DNA of 63,583 bases, the filler included, from Octopus bimaculoides (lineage: Eukaryota): assembly GCF_001194135.2 (NCBI RefSeq). It is 7 parts of 6 records of this genome, joined end to end, with 100 filler letters (N's around TTAATTAATTAA, not from the genome) between each part and the next. Parts side by side here need not be neighbours in the genome. Positions count along the whole stretch, not along the records: positions 29,295 to 56,229 come from NC_068983.1; 6 more parts are not named here. One strand, given 5' to 3'. The notes below the pieces were generated by a model. The model was not told the origin of the DNA. It saw only the letters and a list, made by a program, of their open reading frames with translations, and made no database searches. The translations under genes were made by a program, and so were the position numbers. This document shows positions 39,961 through 52,249 of the stretch, piece by piece (position 1 is the stretch's first letter; every line of letters begins with the position of its first letter).

Positions 39961-40257
39961 GTTTGTCCACCAACATCGCTTGATAACTGGTAGTGGTTTG
40001 CTTACGATAGGCTTCTTTCAGTTTCCATCTACCAAATCTATAAGGCTGTTAGTTGGCTTGAGGCTAGAACAGAAGACACTTGTCCAAGGTGGCATGGAGT
40101 AGGATTGAACCTGGAACTATGTGGTTGGGAAGCAAGCTTGTTACCGTATAGTTATACCTGCACCTACATTATAAACATACATACATGTAAATAGATATAG
40201 AAAGCAACATACACACACACACACACACACAAACCAAATTATATTGAAATCCCTTGC

Positions 40258-40613
40258 CTCACGAAGGTCAACAGTGTATTCGGTCTGGTCAGTTTCTGAT
40301 ACAACACTGTGCACAAGACTCGTATTGTTCCCCATAAGGATAACATCAGGCGTTCCTTCGACCATTTCCCCATCATCGTAGGTGTCAAACTCAACAGAAT
40401 ACTTCAACTGCCCTCCATACGATATGATCTTGTTGCTGAGGTAGGTGTACGGGGCAGACCAATAAAGGGGCTTCTTTTCGTCTTCAACCAGGTTGATAAT
40501 GGCAGAGATCTCAGATGACCCTTCTTCAATAATAGCGTCGACGGTGTTGGGTAGTGTCCAGTTCTTCATGTCGGATATTGTGTACCATGTGAGAGAAGAG
40601 TGTTCACAACTGG
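40258..40613 (-). CDS. LanA: Laminin alpha L4 (laminin B / domain IVa) coding block
   Basis: Reads CEHSSLTWYTISDMKNW...LYWSAPYTYLSNKIISYGGQLKYSV...PDVILMGN...YTVDLRE, a typical L4 domain (YW.AP..YL.N...SYGG.L.Y). Probable end at a GAG|gcaagg donor. Confidence 0.9.
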
Positions 40614-41095
40614 NNNNNNNNNNNNNNNNNNNNNNNNNNNNNNNNNNNNNNNNNNNNNNNNNNNNNNNNNNNNNNNNNNNNNNNNNNNNNNNNNNNNNNN
40701 NNNNNNNNNNNNNNNNNNNNNNNNNNNNNNNNNNNNNNNNNNNNNNNNNNNNNNNNNNNNNNNNNNNNNNNNNNNNNNNNNNNNNNNNNNNNNNNNNNNN
40801 NNNNNNNNNNNNNNNNNNNNNNNNNNNNNNNNNNNNNNNNNNNNNNNNNNNNNNNNNNNNNNNNNNNNNNNNNNNNNNNNNNNNNNNNNNNNNNNNNNNN
40901 NNNNNNNNNNNNNNNNNNNNNNNNNNNNNNNNNNNNNNNNNNNNNNNNNNNNNNNNNNNNNNNNNNNNNNNNNNNNNNNNNNNNNNNNNNNNNNNNNNNN
41001 NNNNNNNNNNNNNNNNNNNNNNNNNNNNNNNNNNNNNNNNNNNNNNNNNNNNNNNNNNNNNNNNNNNNNNNNNNNNNNNNNNNNNNNNNNNNNNN

Positions 41096-41311
41096 GTTGC
41101 ACTTGCAGTAGAGGGCGCCATTGTTGTAGTCTGTGGTGAGGGCAAAAAACCGAGTACGACAGGACTTCAGCTTCTCCTTACCTTCTTTCAAGTTTAGGGA
41201 GTCATCGATGCATTCGCTGAGGAAGTCTGCAGACTTGTCGATTGGTTGGAAGACAAGGAGTTCTGGGGCGTACTTGTTGGAAGTGACCAGCATAATATAG
41301 TCCAGCCAGAT
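41096..41311 (-). CDS. LanA: Laminin alpha-3/5 (LanA)-like coding block, end of domain IVb into an LE module; 5' splice acceptor not visible
   Basis: Reads IWLDYIMLVTSNKYAPELLVFQPIDKSADFLSECIDDSLNLKEGKEKLKSCRTRFFALTTDYNNGALYCKCN. WLDY, P.DKS.DF..C and YNNGA..C.C are LAMA3/5-type motifs. Runs into an N gap. Confidence 0.85.
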
Positions 41312-41868
41312 ATATATATATAAATATATAAGTTTTGTATCTGTGTTTGCCCCTACCATCACTTGACAACCAGTGTTGGTGTGTTTACATCCCTGCATCT
41401 TAGCAGTTTGGCAAAAACTCTCGATAGAATAAATACCAGAAGAAAAAAAAAATGTACTGGGATCGATTTGTTTTACTAAAATCTTACAAGGGGGTGCTCC
41501 AGTATGGTTGCAGTCTAAGGACTGAAACAAATAAAAAGATTAAGAGAAAACGACGTTCGCCAAAATGTAAGTTGCAGATTGTAACCAGAATTATTTAACC
41601 CCGAGTAGAATTCCAGTTGGTAACGAACAAGGCTGCAAACAAATTTAAGGTGATCTTTAGTGATTTCACAACCAGTTGTTCTGGGTAGATTTTTAATATG
41701 GTTGATATTTTTAATTGTGATGTCAGTGTTTACAGTAAAAGAAATCAAGTATCAAGCCGGAAACACAAGTCAAGGGTTTAGAAACCAACCTAGATGTAGA
41801 TGATCCACTTAAACTTACTGTACCGGAAGTAACTATTTATAAACAAAATCCTCACTTCATTTTAGTTT

Positions 41869-41908
<40 letters not shown>

Positions 41909-42962
41909 TATGGTTAAGGTTCCTACTTCAATGTAGAACTAAACAAAAAAGGCAGAAATTACTAGAGCCATTGCAATATTTATTTATAAAATCTAGTGAT
42001 GTGGAAACATCAAAATGAACCATGAAGATCATCATCATCATCATCATCGTTTAACGTCCACTTTCCATGCTAGCATGGGTTGGACGATTTGACTGAGGAC
42101 TGGTGAACCGGATGGCTGCACCAGGCTCCAGTCTGACCTGGCAGAGTTTTTACAGCTGGATGCCCTTCCTAACGCCAACCACTTTGAGAGTGTAGTGGGT
42201 GCTTTTATGTGCCACCGGCACGAAGGCCAGTCACATGGTACTGGCAACGGCCATGCTCAAAATGGTGTTTTTTCCGTGCCACCTGCACAGGAGCCAGTCC
42301 AGCGGCACTGGCAACGACCTCGCTCAAATAATTTTCTGTTGATTCTATTCCAAACACTGCATCACATCACTGCAATGTTGCACCAACAATGTAGCAAGTA
42401 CAGCACTGCACCAGGCTACTCTGTTAGAATCCAAAATATTCCAATCAATACCCTAGAATGGCATGGTATAATGGATTACCTTTGAAATATCAAACATATA
42501 AGCCAAAATGGATGACTAATTTTGCTATACCCTTGGATATGAATAAAAAATTTCACAGTTAAAAACATCAACAGGAATATCTCAATTTACTGAGTTTTAA
42601 AGCTCTACTTGTTGTGTGAAAGAATAGTTTACATAGACGTGGCTGTGTGGTAAGAAGTTTGCTTCCCAGTCACATGGTTCCTGGGTTCAAGCTCTTTGCG
42701 TGGCACCTTAGGTAAGAGTCTTCTATTATAGCCTTATGTCAACCTTGAGAGTAGCTTTGGTAGACGGAAACTGAAAGAAGCCCATCATATATTCTTTTAT
42801 TTGTTTCAGTCATTTGACTACGGTCATGCTGGAGTACCGATTTTAGTCGCACAAGTTGGCCCCAGGACTTATTCTATTGGTCGTTTTTGCCAAACCACTA
42901 AGTTACGGGGATGTAAACACACCAACATTGGTTGTCAAGCGATGGTGGGGAGACACACACCC

Positions 42963-43012
<50 letters not shown>

Positions 43013-43030
43013 ATGTATATATATATATAT

Positions 43031-46000
43031 AAGTTACAATAGGATACAGGCAGCGATGTCTCGATAATCAATACAGATACATGGAAAAAAATCGAGAGAC
43101 CTAGATTAAAAAAAACTTTGAAAACTGCCCATAGCGTTTCAGGAAGAAAATTATATTTCAAGGGCAAATTGATAAGTAACATTACATTTCGTGAAAAAAC
43201 CTTAAAAGCTAAAGTTTTTGTGTTAAATAATACCACAAATTTATTCAGTACTGATAGGATGGAATTATTTAATTTATGGGACCTCGCCATAAAACTTTTC
43301 TGCAAAAATGTGAATGGTTTTTTATCTCCAGTATAGATAATTCATCAATCGAATTGAAAAAAAAAAAAAAATTTAAAGATTTTTCCTGAAGTTCTGTCTG
43401 ATAAATTAGGCCTGTGCACCAAAACGAAGGCAAAGTTTGAAATAAAGGAAAATGCCATACTGACATTTATACAAAGACGAACTGTACCGTTCATAGCATT
43501 AGAACAGATTAACTTAGAGAGACTAGAAAAAATTGGAGTTATCCAAAAAGTGGAATATAGTCAATGGATATCACCAACTGTGTACATTAAGATAAAAGAA
43601 CAATAAAATCAGAATGTAAGCTGATTTTTCCACTGGCTTAAATGAATGTCTTAAAATGTTCCAGTATCTGCTACCTATTCCGGAGGATATTTTTGAGGAA
43701 TTGAACGGTGGCAAATTATTTTTTAAATTGGATCTCTGTGACGCGTACCTACAAATTAGAGTAGACAATGAATGCTTTAAATATCTAACAATTAACATAT
43801 ATGAATGACTGTATAAATACAGCAGGTTACCATGTCGTTTAAAATTCGCACCAGCGATTTTTCAACAGATTATGGATGCAATGTTAGCGGACTCTGAATT
43901 CAAAATTCCATATCTGGATGATATACACATTAAAAGCAAATCCAGGCATCAACACGTAGAACATGTAAAATATGTTTTCGAAAAAATTAACGATTACAGC
44001 TTTACTTAGAGTGAAAAAAAATGTATTTTTCTTACCAAAAATAAGATATTTAGGACAAATCATTGACAGAAATGGACGTCGACCAGACCCATCGAGGGTA
44101 GACACAATTAAAAATATGTCCCCTCCATCAAACATAACGACCTTACAAGCATTTTTAGGATTGGCAAATTATTACCAAAATTGTATTCCAAATATGCATA
44201 AGGTGAGGGTTCCACTGAATAATATGCCAAAGTGGAATTGGTTGGAAAATTGTTAAAAGGCGTTTGATGAAATTAAAAAGAATATAAACATCTGATTTGT
44301 CGTTAGCAAACTTCTATCCTGCAAAGATGACTGATGTAGCTTCAGACGCTTCTGAGTACGATATAGGACCAGGAATGCTACATAAATATGAAGATGGTAA
44401 CATGAAGGCAGTGGTTCATGCCTTACATTGTCTGATATCAGCAGAGAAAAATTATAGTCAAATCGAGAAAGAAGCTCTAGCGATTATTTTTGCCATCAAA
44501 AAATTTCACAGATTTTTACAAAGTAGAAAGTTTCGTCTAGAGACTGATCATCATCTGTTATTATCGACATTTGGGTTAAAGAAAGGAATCCCTACCCATA
44601 CTGCTAATAGTTTGCAACACAGGGGTATGATATTATTCAACTATGATTTCAAGATGGAGTATATACCATCCAAGGAATTAGGATTGTCTAACAAGGCTGA
44701 TTTCAAAAAATGCAGAACCATTTGAAGATACTGTGATTGCTGCCATGTTGTGTGTAACATCATTCATGAACTGCCAGTTACTTTATTAGACAAAATTAAA
44801 ATCGGAAAACGATAAATTCATTATAAAAATGAAAGAAATGCCGAAGGCTGAAAGAGTTAAAAATATGCGTAACACAAATACGAACCCATTCTCAATGTAT
44901 GACAATGTATTGATATGCGCACAAAGAGTTGTAGTACCAGCCACACTACAAAAGCGATTATTAAAGGAATTTTATATGGGTCACCCAGGGATTTCGAGAA
45001 TGTAATCAGTAATGAGACGTTATGTATATTGACCAACAATGGACTGCGACATTGAAGAATCAGCTGAAGCATGCAGAATGTGTGCCTTAGCTGCAAAAGC
45101 ATCTTCCGTTAAATGGCAACCATGGCTAAAAACAGATATTCCATGGTTTAGACTGTATGTTAATTATGTCGGTCCACTTAAGAGTGCATATTAACTGGTT
45201 GTGGTGGAGAGTTTTTCAAAGTGGTCAGAAGTTCATAACTGTAAAAAAAACGATATCTGCAGTTACAGTAAGCTTTTTACATGAATTGCTCACCAGGTGT
45301 GGTATTCTTGATATCATTGTGTCAGATAACAGAACTCAATTTATGTCAGATGAGTTCAGAAAATTTTGTTTTGTCATGAAACATGTCACCACTCCGCCCT
45401 ATCATTTTAGATCAAATAGACAAGCGGAACGTTTTGTTGACACTCACACTTCAGCAATTTCTAAGAGTATACCATGTAACAGCTAATCCTAATCCCCCGT
45501 CCAGAATGTCACCCGCAGAACTGATGTTTGCTAGAAAGATCAGATCTGTCTTTGATAAGCTGATACCCAGTGAAAATAGAAATGAGGCAAACTACAAAAA
45601 AACTTCAAAATTCTTCAAGTTAGGTGACAAAGTTTTATTTTAAAACCTATAGATATGGTAAAGAATGCTGGGGGGACGGTGTAGTTATTAAACCAATTGG
45701 AAGAATGTTATTCCTGGTAAAAGGAAAAATATTGAACATAAAAAAACATATTAACCAAGTTAAAAAAAGATTTACAGGGGAAAAAAAAACAGTCACGAGA
45801 AATGGAAGTATTGTACAATGTGTTTGGGGTACCAACACCCAAACAATTTGAAACTACATGTTCTAGCACCAGAAAATGGGAAAGAAAGGAAACACTAGAA
45901 TTGGGCCCCAAGTGTAAGAGATATTAAAACTAGGAGCAGAGTTCAATTCTCAAAAGGGGAGAAGTGAGGGAAGACTAATTCTAAAAAGAGGAGATGTTGT

Positions 46001-46200
46001 GGAAGGATTCCTACCACCCCCAAAGTGACTAAAGGTGGACTGACTCATTTGTTATAAGATAACGAACTGTGACTGATTGGTAAGCAGTGAGCTGTGATTT
46101 AGAGTGTTGAATCTCGTGTAATAGTAATAGTCGTGCATCATGTAAATACTTTCTTTCCCCCACTTGTTTCATTAAATCATATATCCAATAAAAGGATATA
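43031..46200 (+). mobile_element. Decayed Ty3/gypsy LTR retrotransposon (PR-RT-RNaseH-IN, PPT, 3' LTR start)
   Basis: Protease DTGSDVSII; RT KLDLCDAYLQ and YLDDI; RNase H DASEY and YSQIEKEALAIIF; integrase H..HPG, PW.RL..NY.GP, IVSDN.TQF and QAERFV. PPT aaaaagaggaga at 45983-45994 is followed by TGTTGTGG. No 5' LTR is seen. Confidence 0.92.
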
Positions 46201-46343
46201 AAAGTATGTATGTGCATATGTATATACACATGCATGCATTAGCTCTCCTGCGTGAACTTTCTATCCGGCAGTCGCCATGATAGATTGCTGACCAAAACAT
46301 TCAATTTTTTTTCTCCGTGTTTTCCTCCTTGTTTTCTCCGTAC

Positions 46344-46380
46344 TCTTTCTGTTGAAGAGCGTAGCTCGAAACGTTAAAGA
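46344..46380 (+). ncRNA. Minimal hammerhead-like motif with core deviation
   Basis: TCTTT CTGTTGA a GAGC gta GCTC GAAAC GT T AAAGA. Stems I and II pair and AACGTT is palindromic, but A6 reads U and an extra A follows the core. Confidence 0.45.
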
Positions 46381-47519
46381 CTTTCTCTATTCCTGAGCAT
46401 TAAATTAATACATCCTTTTGTTGTTTACACCACCCGTCCTCATCTGTTGTTGTTTTTTTTGTAAATTCTCCCATATATATATNNNNNNNNNNNNNNNNNN
46501 NNNNNNNNNNNNNNNNNNNNNNNNNNNNNNNNNNNNNNNNNNNNNNNNNNNNNNNNNNNNNNNNNNNNNNNNNNNNNNNNNNNNNNNNNNNNNNNNNNNN
46601 NNNNNNNNNNNNNNNNNNNNNNNNNNNNNNNNNNNNNNNNNNNNNNNNNNNNNNNNNNNNNNNNNNNNNNNNNNNNNNNNNNNNNNNNNNNNNNNNNNNN
46701 NNNNNNNNNNNNNNNNNNNNNNNNNNNNNNNNNNNNNNNNNNNNNNNNNNNNNNNNNNNNNNNNNNNNNNNNNNNNNNNNNNNNNNNNNNNNNNNNNNNN
46801 NNNNNNNNNNNNNNNNNNNNNNNNNNNNNNNNNNNNNNNNNNNNNNNNNNNNNNNNNNNNNNNNNNNNNNNNNNNNNNNNNNNNNNNNNNNNNNNNNNNN
46901 NNNNNNNNNNNNNNNNNNNNNNNNNNNNNNNNNNNNNNNNNNNNNNNNNNNNNNNNNNNNNNNNNNNNNNNNNNNNNNNNNNNNNNNNNNNNNNNNNNNN
47001 NNNNNNNNNNNNNATATATATATATATATATATATATAGGAATGGGGAACCTCGAAGCAGATAAAGAAGCTATAGAGAATTGCATGTTTACAAGAGATGT
47101 GGATCGGAGTCCCACAGGCAGCCTTCAACATTTTCTGCCAAAGAAGTTTTTTTTAATCTAGAATTTGCATGCTATTATTTATCTGCTTCCAGCATTATTT
47201 CACGTTCTCTTGAAGTCTATCATTTCTTATGACGTCAATAATATGTATGTATGTATATATGTATGTATGTATATATGTATGTATGTATACATGTATGTAT
47301 GTATGTATGGCTATTAATGCATTAAATGCATGAGAACTTACCATAGAAAGGAAGGCTCAAGTTTTGGTTACCCCAATTCCCATAAAATGCTATCAGTGAT
47401 GTGTCAGTATGGCGTTGAGCTGAAACTGAGTAACAAGTGCCAAATAAGATTTCAAAAGAACTTTCATGAGAAACTCTTCTGTATACAGAAAAAGCCCTGT
47501 CATCTATAGTGTTTACAAA

Positions 47520-48335
47520 TCAGTGATAAGATATCCAATCTCTCTTCAGTAGAATTATTTGATAAGGTAGCTTCCTACTAATACAATGTCCTAGCTAACA
47601 GCAACTTCAAAGATAAGGTTTATTACAACCCTTCAATTAAAAATATGAAATCAAAAATAGACCTAAAAATATACCTAATGGAGTAATATGGTTCACCCCC
47701 TCTCACCAATTCTCCCTAAATGTAAAACTCACGTTGGTAAGAAATTCCTGGTTCTTTCAGATAAACATTTTTCAGTAAACCATACGGGAATATTTTTAAC
47801 AGACACTTGATAAAAATTCTCATACAGCTGCTGTCCCAATATGAAGTATGTTATCACTTGTAAGCCTAACCAAAGTTCACTCCCAGTTGCGCCCATTGAG
47901 AGCATGAAGCTTGCCTGCTTGATCAGGCATGTTTGATAAACACACTTGTTTATGAAGTTGAAGTTACAGCAGCGCTCCATGAGAATGTAATCAAGAAGAA
48001 AAATTATGTTCGTTTATGTGAAGGCAATTTTAAAAACTGTTATGCAAACTGCCACTCTTCTTTCTGACATATTGATGGAAATAAAGTCATTAACTTGGCT
48101 TGTTACATATAGAGTTTGAAGACCAACTGCACACCAATTACAATCAAGTATAGAATCGTAGAGAAACCCATGCCATATGTAAATGGATCTAAGAACTGCC
48201 CCTCCCCCATACCTTATGTGTAACTGAAAGATTGCACATTCTTTTTCGATCCAAGAATTCCCCCACACTACTTAATTCTAAATCCGAAATTTTTAACAAA
48301 TGCAAGCATATGGACAAATTTCTTTTGACAAACTG
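47520..48335 (+). mobile_element. Penelope-like retroelement 3' fragment (GIY-YIG endonuclease), decayed
   Basis: Motifs GVIWFTP..FSLNVK, GKKFL...KHF, LVYEV...NYVRLCEGNFK..Y.N..SSF and LLNSKSEIFNKCKH.DKFLL. Confidence 0.85.
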
Positions 48336-48596
48336 GAAGACACCACCCTCTCTGGATTGAGTAGCTGTCTCACAGACTTTGGACTCCCTTTCCATTGAAT
48401 TATTCTAAAACTAGTTTAATTATGACTTCTATGATCAAAGGGGATATAAGACTAATTTTCTTTTTTTTTCTTTCTTTTCCATTTTTTTTTTCACTTTGTC
48501 TTTTCATTCCACTTTTCACATCAACATTCTTGATCTTTTCTCGTGATTTCTCCTGTACCAGTGTCCTAATTTTCAAATAGAACAAGCAACATGTGC

Positions 48597-48684
48597 AGAG
48601 CCTGAAGACTGCTTGCAGACACAAGGCACATTATAAAACCTGCCTAACCACATGCATCAATAGCAGGAAACTATTAGTAGCTCT
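48597..48684 (+). ncRNA. Type I hammerhead ribozyme candidate 3' of the Penelope ORF
   Basis: AGAGC CTGAAGA CTGCT...(48 nt)...AGCAG GAAAC TATTA GT A GCTCT. Stems I and II are 5 bp each, stem III is 2-3 bp, and the triplet is GUA. It lies about 270 nt downstream of the PLE ORF end, on the same strand. Confidence 0.6.
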
Positions 48685-48947
48685 TATTTTAATACAGTGT
48701 ACATTAAATGATAGTTATCTCTCACTGGATGGACTTCTTTTGTTTGTAGAATCCAAGAAGTATAAAATTCCAATGGTAATCCGTGTGGAGTGGTGCAGAA
48801 GAGGTGTCAAAAGTCAGGAAAGGAGATGAGAGTGAAACAGATGAGGAGGTTTAGTCAGGATCAAACTGGTGTGTGTATGCGTATACATATACATACATAA
48901 CTCTTAACTGCTTTCTTGTATACGAGCAAAGCCATTTCCAGAAAGAA

Positions 48948-49172
48948 TCATTGAAATGAGTCAATGTTGATGCAATGTGAGGCCCTCATATGACTCTTGA
49001 GCTCAGTGAAAGATTTGCACATTCTATTACATAATGCACAACTGTGCTGGTTGGTAGAAGGAGCAGGTACCACAGCACAAACTCTTTTGACATGTCTTTT
49101 CAATCCTCCAACCGAGCGGCACCCCTTTCCACATGTTGCACAGGTTTTGTTGTGAACAAAAGCCCATATCAC
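48948..49172 (-). pseudogene. Two C2H2-like zinc fingers (LINE C-terminus or ZNF fragment)
   Basis: Reads CATCGKGCRSVGGLKRH and CALCNRMCKSFTELKSH, joined by a non-TGEKP linker. Confidence 0.55.
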
Positions 49173-49194
49173 AATTTACCATGGGTAAATACTA

Positions 49195-49545
49195 AATCTG
49201 GGCACCAAAATGTTTATCATTAATTAACAAAGTTAATATTTTTGTTAACAATTTAACTTCCAAGTTAACTTTGGAAATCATTATCGGACCAATTAACTTT
49301 TGTTACATTTAATTTCTGTTAAGTCAAAGTTTTGGTGCTTTTTAAAGGTGCTTTCGGGTAGTTTTAGAGCAAGAACTGATTTTTTTTTTTTCTAAAATAA
49401 AAATTAACATTAACGGTTTATCAATAACTTCCTTTACATTTAAAAAAAATTAACTGATTAACGGTTATCAAAGTTAACTTTTTGATTAAGAGATTAACAG
49501 TAATGAAGTTAACTTTTCGATTAATGGTACCCACCTTTGGTAATA
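49195..49545. mobile_element. Possible hAT-derived MITE with GTTAAC-rich subterminal repeats
   Basis: Weak TIRs (ctgggcacc and ggtacccacctttg) and many gttaac/ttaac units. Confidence 0.3.
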
Positions 49546-49632
49546 CATAATACATACATACATGCATACATATACACACACATACATAGACACCACATGC
49601 ATACATAGATGCACACACACACACACACACAC

Positions 49633-49676
<44 letters not shown>

Positions 49677-50061
49677 GTCTGGCCCTCATCGTCATAAGTG
49701 AATTGTGATGTACTGCAACGATGGAGTACTTCCTGATTGTTTCATACAAGCTGTTACTGTTGCTGTTGTTGTTGAGTTTTGGTTTTGACATCTCCTCAGA
49801 CCTGAAAACAACCTTGCTCCGAATGTAATTGAAAAAAGTAATATGTTTTAGAGTTTATTTCGCTACAGGAGCTTATTAAATATTTTTGGGCGGTCTGATC
49901 CTTTAGTGGAATTAGCAAACAAGATTATCTTATTCTACTAACCAACGCTAAGACCGAAAAAAAATATTTAAAAAATGGGTCCTGTCTTTTCATCTGATCG
50001 ACTTCGCAAAAAGATTGTGGAAGACAAAACAAAGCAATCACCAAATGAAAAAAAACAAACA

Positions 50062-50215
50062 GGCGTTGCTGTGTGATAAGAAGCTTGCTTCTAAACCACA
50101 TGGTTCCAGGTTCAGTCCCACTGCATAACACCTTGGGCAAGTGTCTTCTACAATAGCCTAGGGCCGACCAAAGCCTTGTGAGAGGATTTGGTAGACGGAA
50201 ACTGGAAAAACCCGT

Positions 50216-50257
<42 letters not shown>

Positions 50258-51140
50258 ACTTATATAAATGATATATATATATATATGCATATATACATAC
50301 ATATATACATATGTATATACACATGTATATATGGGTACAGGACGTCAAAAAACGTAAACAACATGGAATGCAAAAACATGTAAAACAAACTTTTTTTGCG
50401 AACAACGAAAGAAACAAATAAAAAAAGAAGACCGGCAACATAGAGAACAATCCCTTTATCAGTTGTCCGCTGTTTTATCTACTCTGCATTTCGAGCATTA
50501 AGACAGGATGCATCTTCTACAAAACAGTTGTTCCAGCAAAGCAAATTAAATAAAATTTGGGATTTGCAGAGGGTCAAAGTTGGTAACGAAAACATATAAA
50601 AGTTCAAATATAGGTTACAAATCTCATTCAGGGATAGTAAAATCCAATGAAAGTACTGGTTAGTTACCTATTCAAAGAATGTTGAACGTTATAATTAATA
50701 TTCAACTGTAAGGTAACTATATAAACCGTGGTTTATATATATTTATTTATTTCAATAAGATAAGAAAAATAGAGGTAATTAATAAATTATTATTTATTAA
50801 TTAAAAATATCGACAACACCTCTTACAGCTGTTTCAATTATCAACCTTCAGAATATTAATTGATAACATTAAAAATTATTTGAAAGTCAAATATATATAT
50901 ACATATATATATATATATTTGTGTGTGTGTGTGTGCGTGTTTTGTCTCCTGCCATAGCTTGACAACCAATGCTGGTGTATTTATGTCCTCATAACATAGT
51001 AGTTTAGCAAAAGAGATCAATAGAATATGCACTAAGCTTACAAAGAATAAGTCTTGGGGTCGATTTCTTAGACTAACACCCTTTGAGGTGGTGCTCCAGC
51101 ATGGCTGCAGTCAGATGACTGAAACAAGTAAAAGAATAAA
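50062..51140 (+). mobile_element. SINE family B split by an insertion in its internal microsatellite
   Basis: The head is at 50062-50220 and the body at 50935-51140, with an unrelated repeat at about 50330-50880 between (TA)n tracts. Confidence 0.75.
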
Positions 51141-52249
51141 AGAATATAAAAGTACAGCATAATAAACAACACGGGTAACGACAATAACAGCAGCAACAGC
51201 AATATGTTTTAACAGGCTCAGTTTGTATGCTCGTGTAGCAAGTCTTCGAATTTGAACCCCATTTTCTAAATTATCAGCTCACTGTCGTCAATGAATCACA
51301 ATTGAGGTATGCATTTATCACATGCATGTTCTATTTATTGACTAATCAGTTGCAGGATATCACGCCGCCTGTTAGAACATAATTTCAGGTGTCTTTGAGA
51401 TTTGCGCCCTTTTCTCTAGTTAAGCAGTTGAGTTTTAAAAAATTAATCAGCGCTCTGATGGTTTTTGAAGAGAACACATCTCAGCTCTCGCCAAGCAAGG
51501 ACAAAACTTCAACAAGATTCGGTGGTTTCACATTTCTAAGATAAGCAATGGCTGAATAAACACAGTTAAGTTGATCCCTGTATCCTAGTTTCTCCAACAA
51601 CGAGGAATTGATAAATTATACATGTATTTGTGTTCAGCCTTCCTGTAAATAAATCCATTGTTAAATGCTCAAGTTTACTTTTGTTGTCAAATATACAGCC
51701 AGATTAATAGAACACCAACCGTAATGCATGTACTACATCAAGTTTAAGCATGAATAACAAATAGCTCTTATCAAAAATTTTGATAAGGAACAATTTACTG
51801 AAAATTCAGAAGCCTGGCACCACTTTATACTCAGGTAGGCATGAGTTCACTATAATCCATCAGAAAAGCCTGCAAGAGGAGAAAAGCGACATATTTGTGC
51901 CTTGTCGAAGATATACAAGGCTTTCTTGGTTCATCCAAGCAAGAACTGGAGAGAGTCCTGGCAGATATTTAAAATGAAACATCATTTATTGGGAGAGGGA
52001 GGGCATATGGCACCATATGTAACAAAATTTGTACCTTTGCCTGGCCTGTATATCACATGTGATATACAGGATGTGGTAATTTATTTCATTTAATTTGTCC
52101 CCAGTCAATTCGTGGAGATCACAGGAAAAATGGAAGAACAAATATCTGAATTAAGAAAAAATATTTATTTTAAGGTTTGCTGTATTACATATTTATTTTT
52201 TCTTAAAATTTAAGATTGTGTGCAATTGCTTTTAGAAAAATAATTTTTT

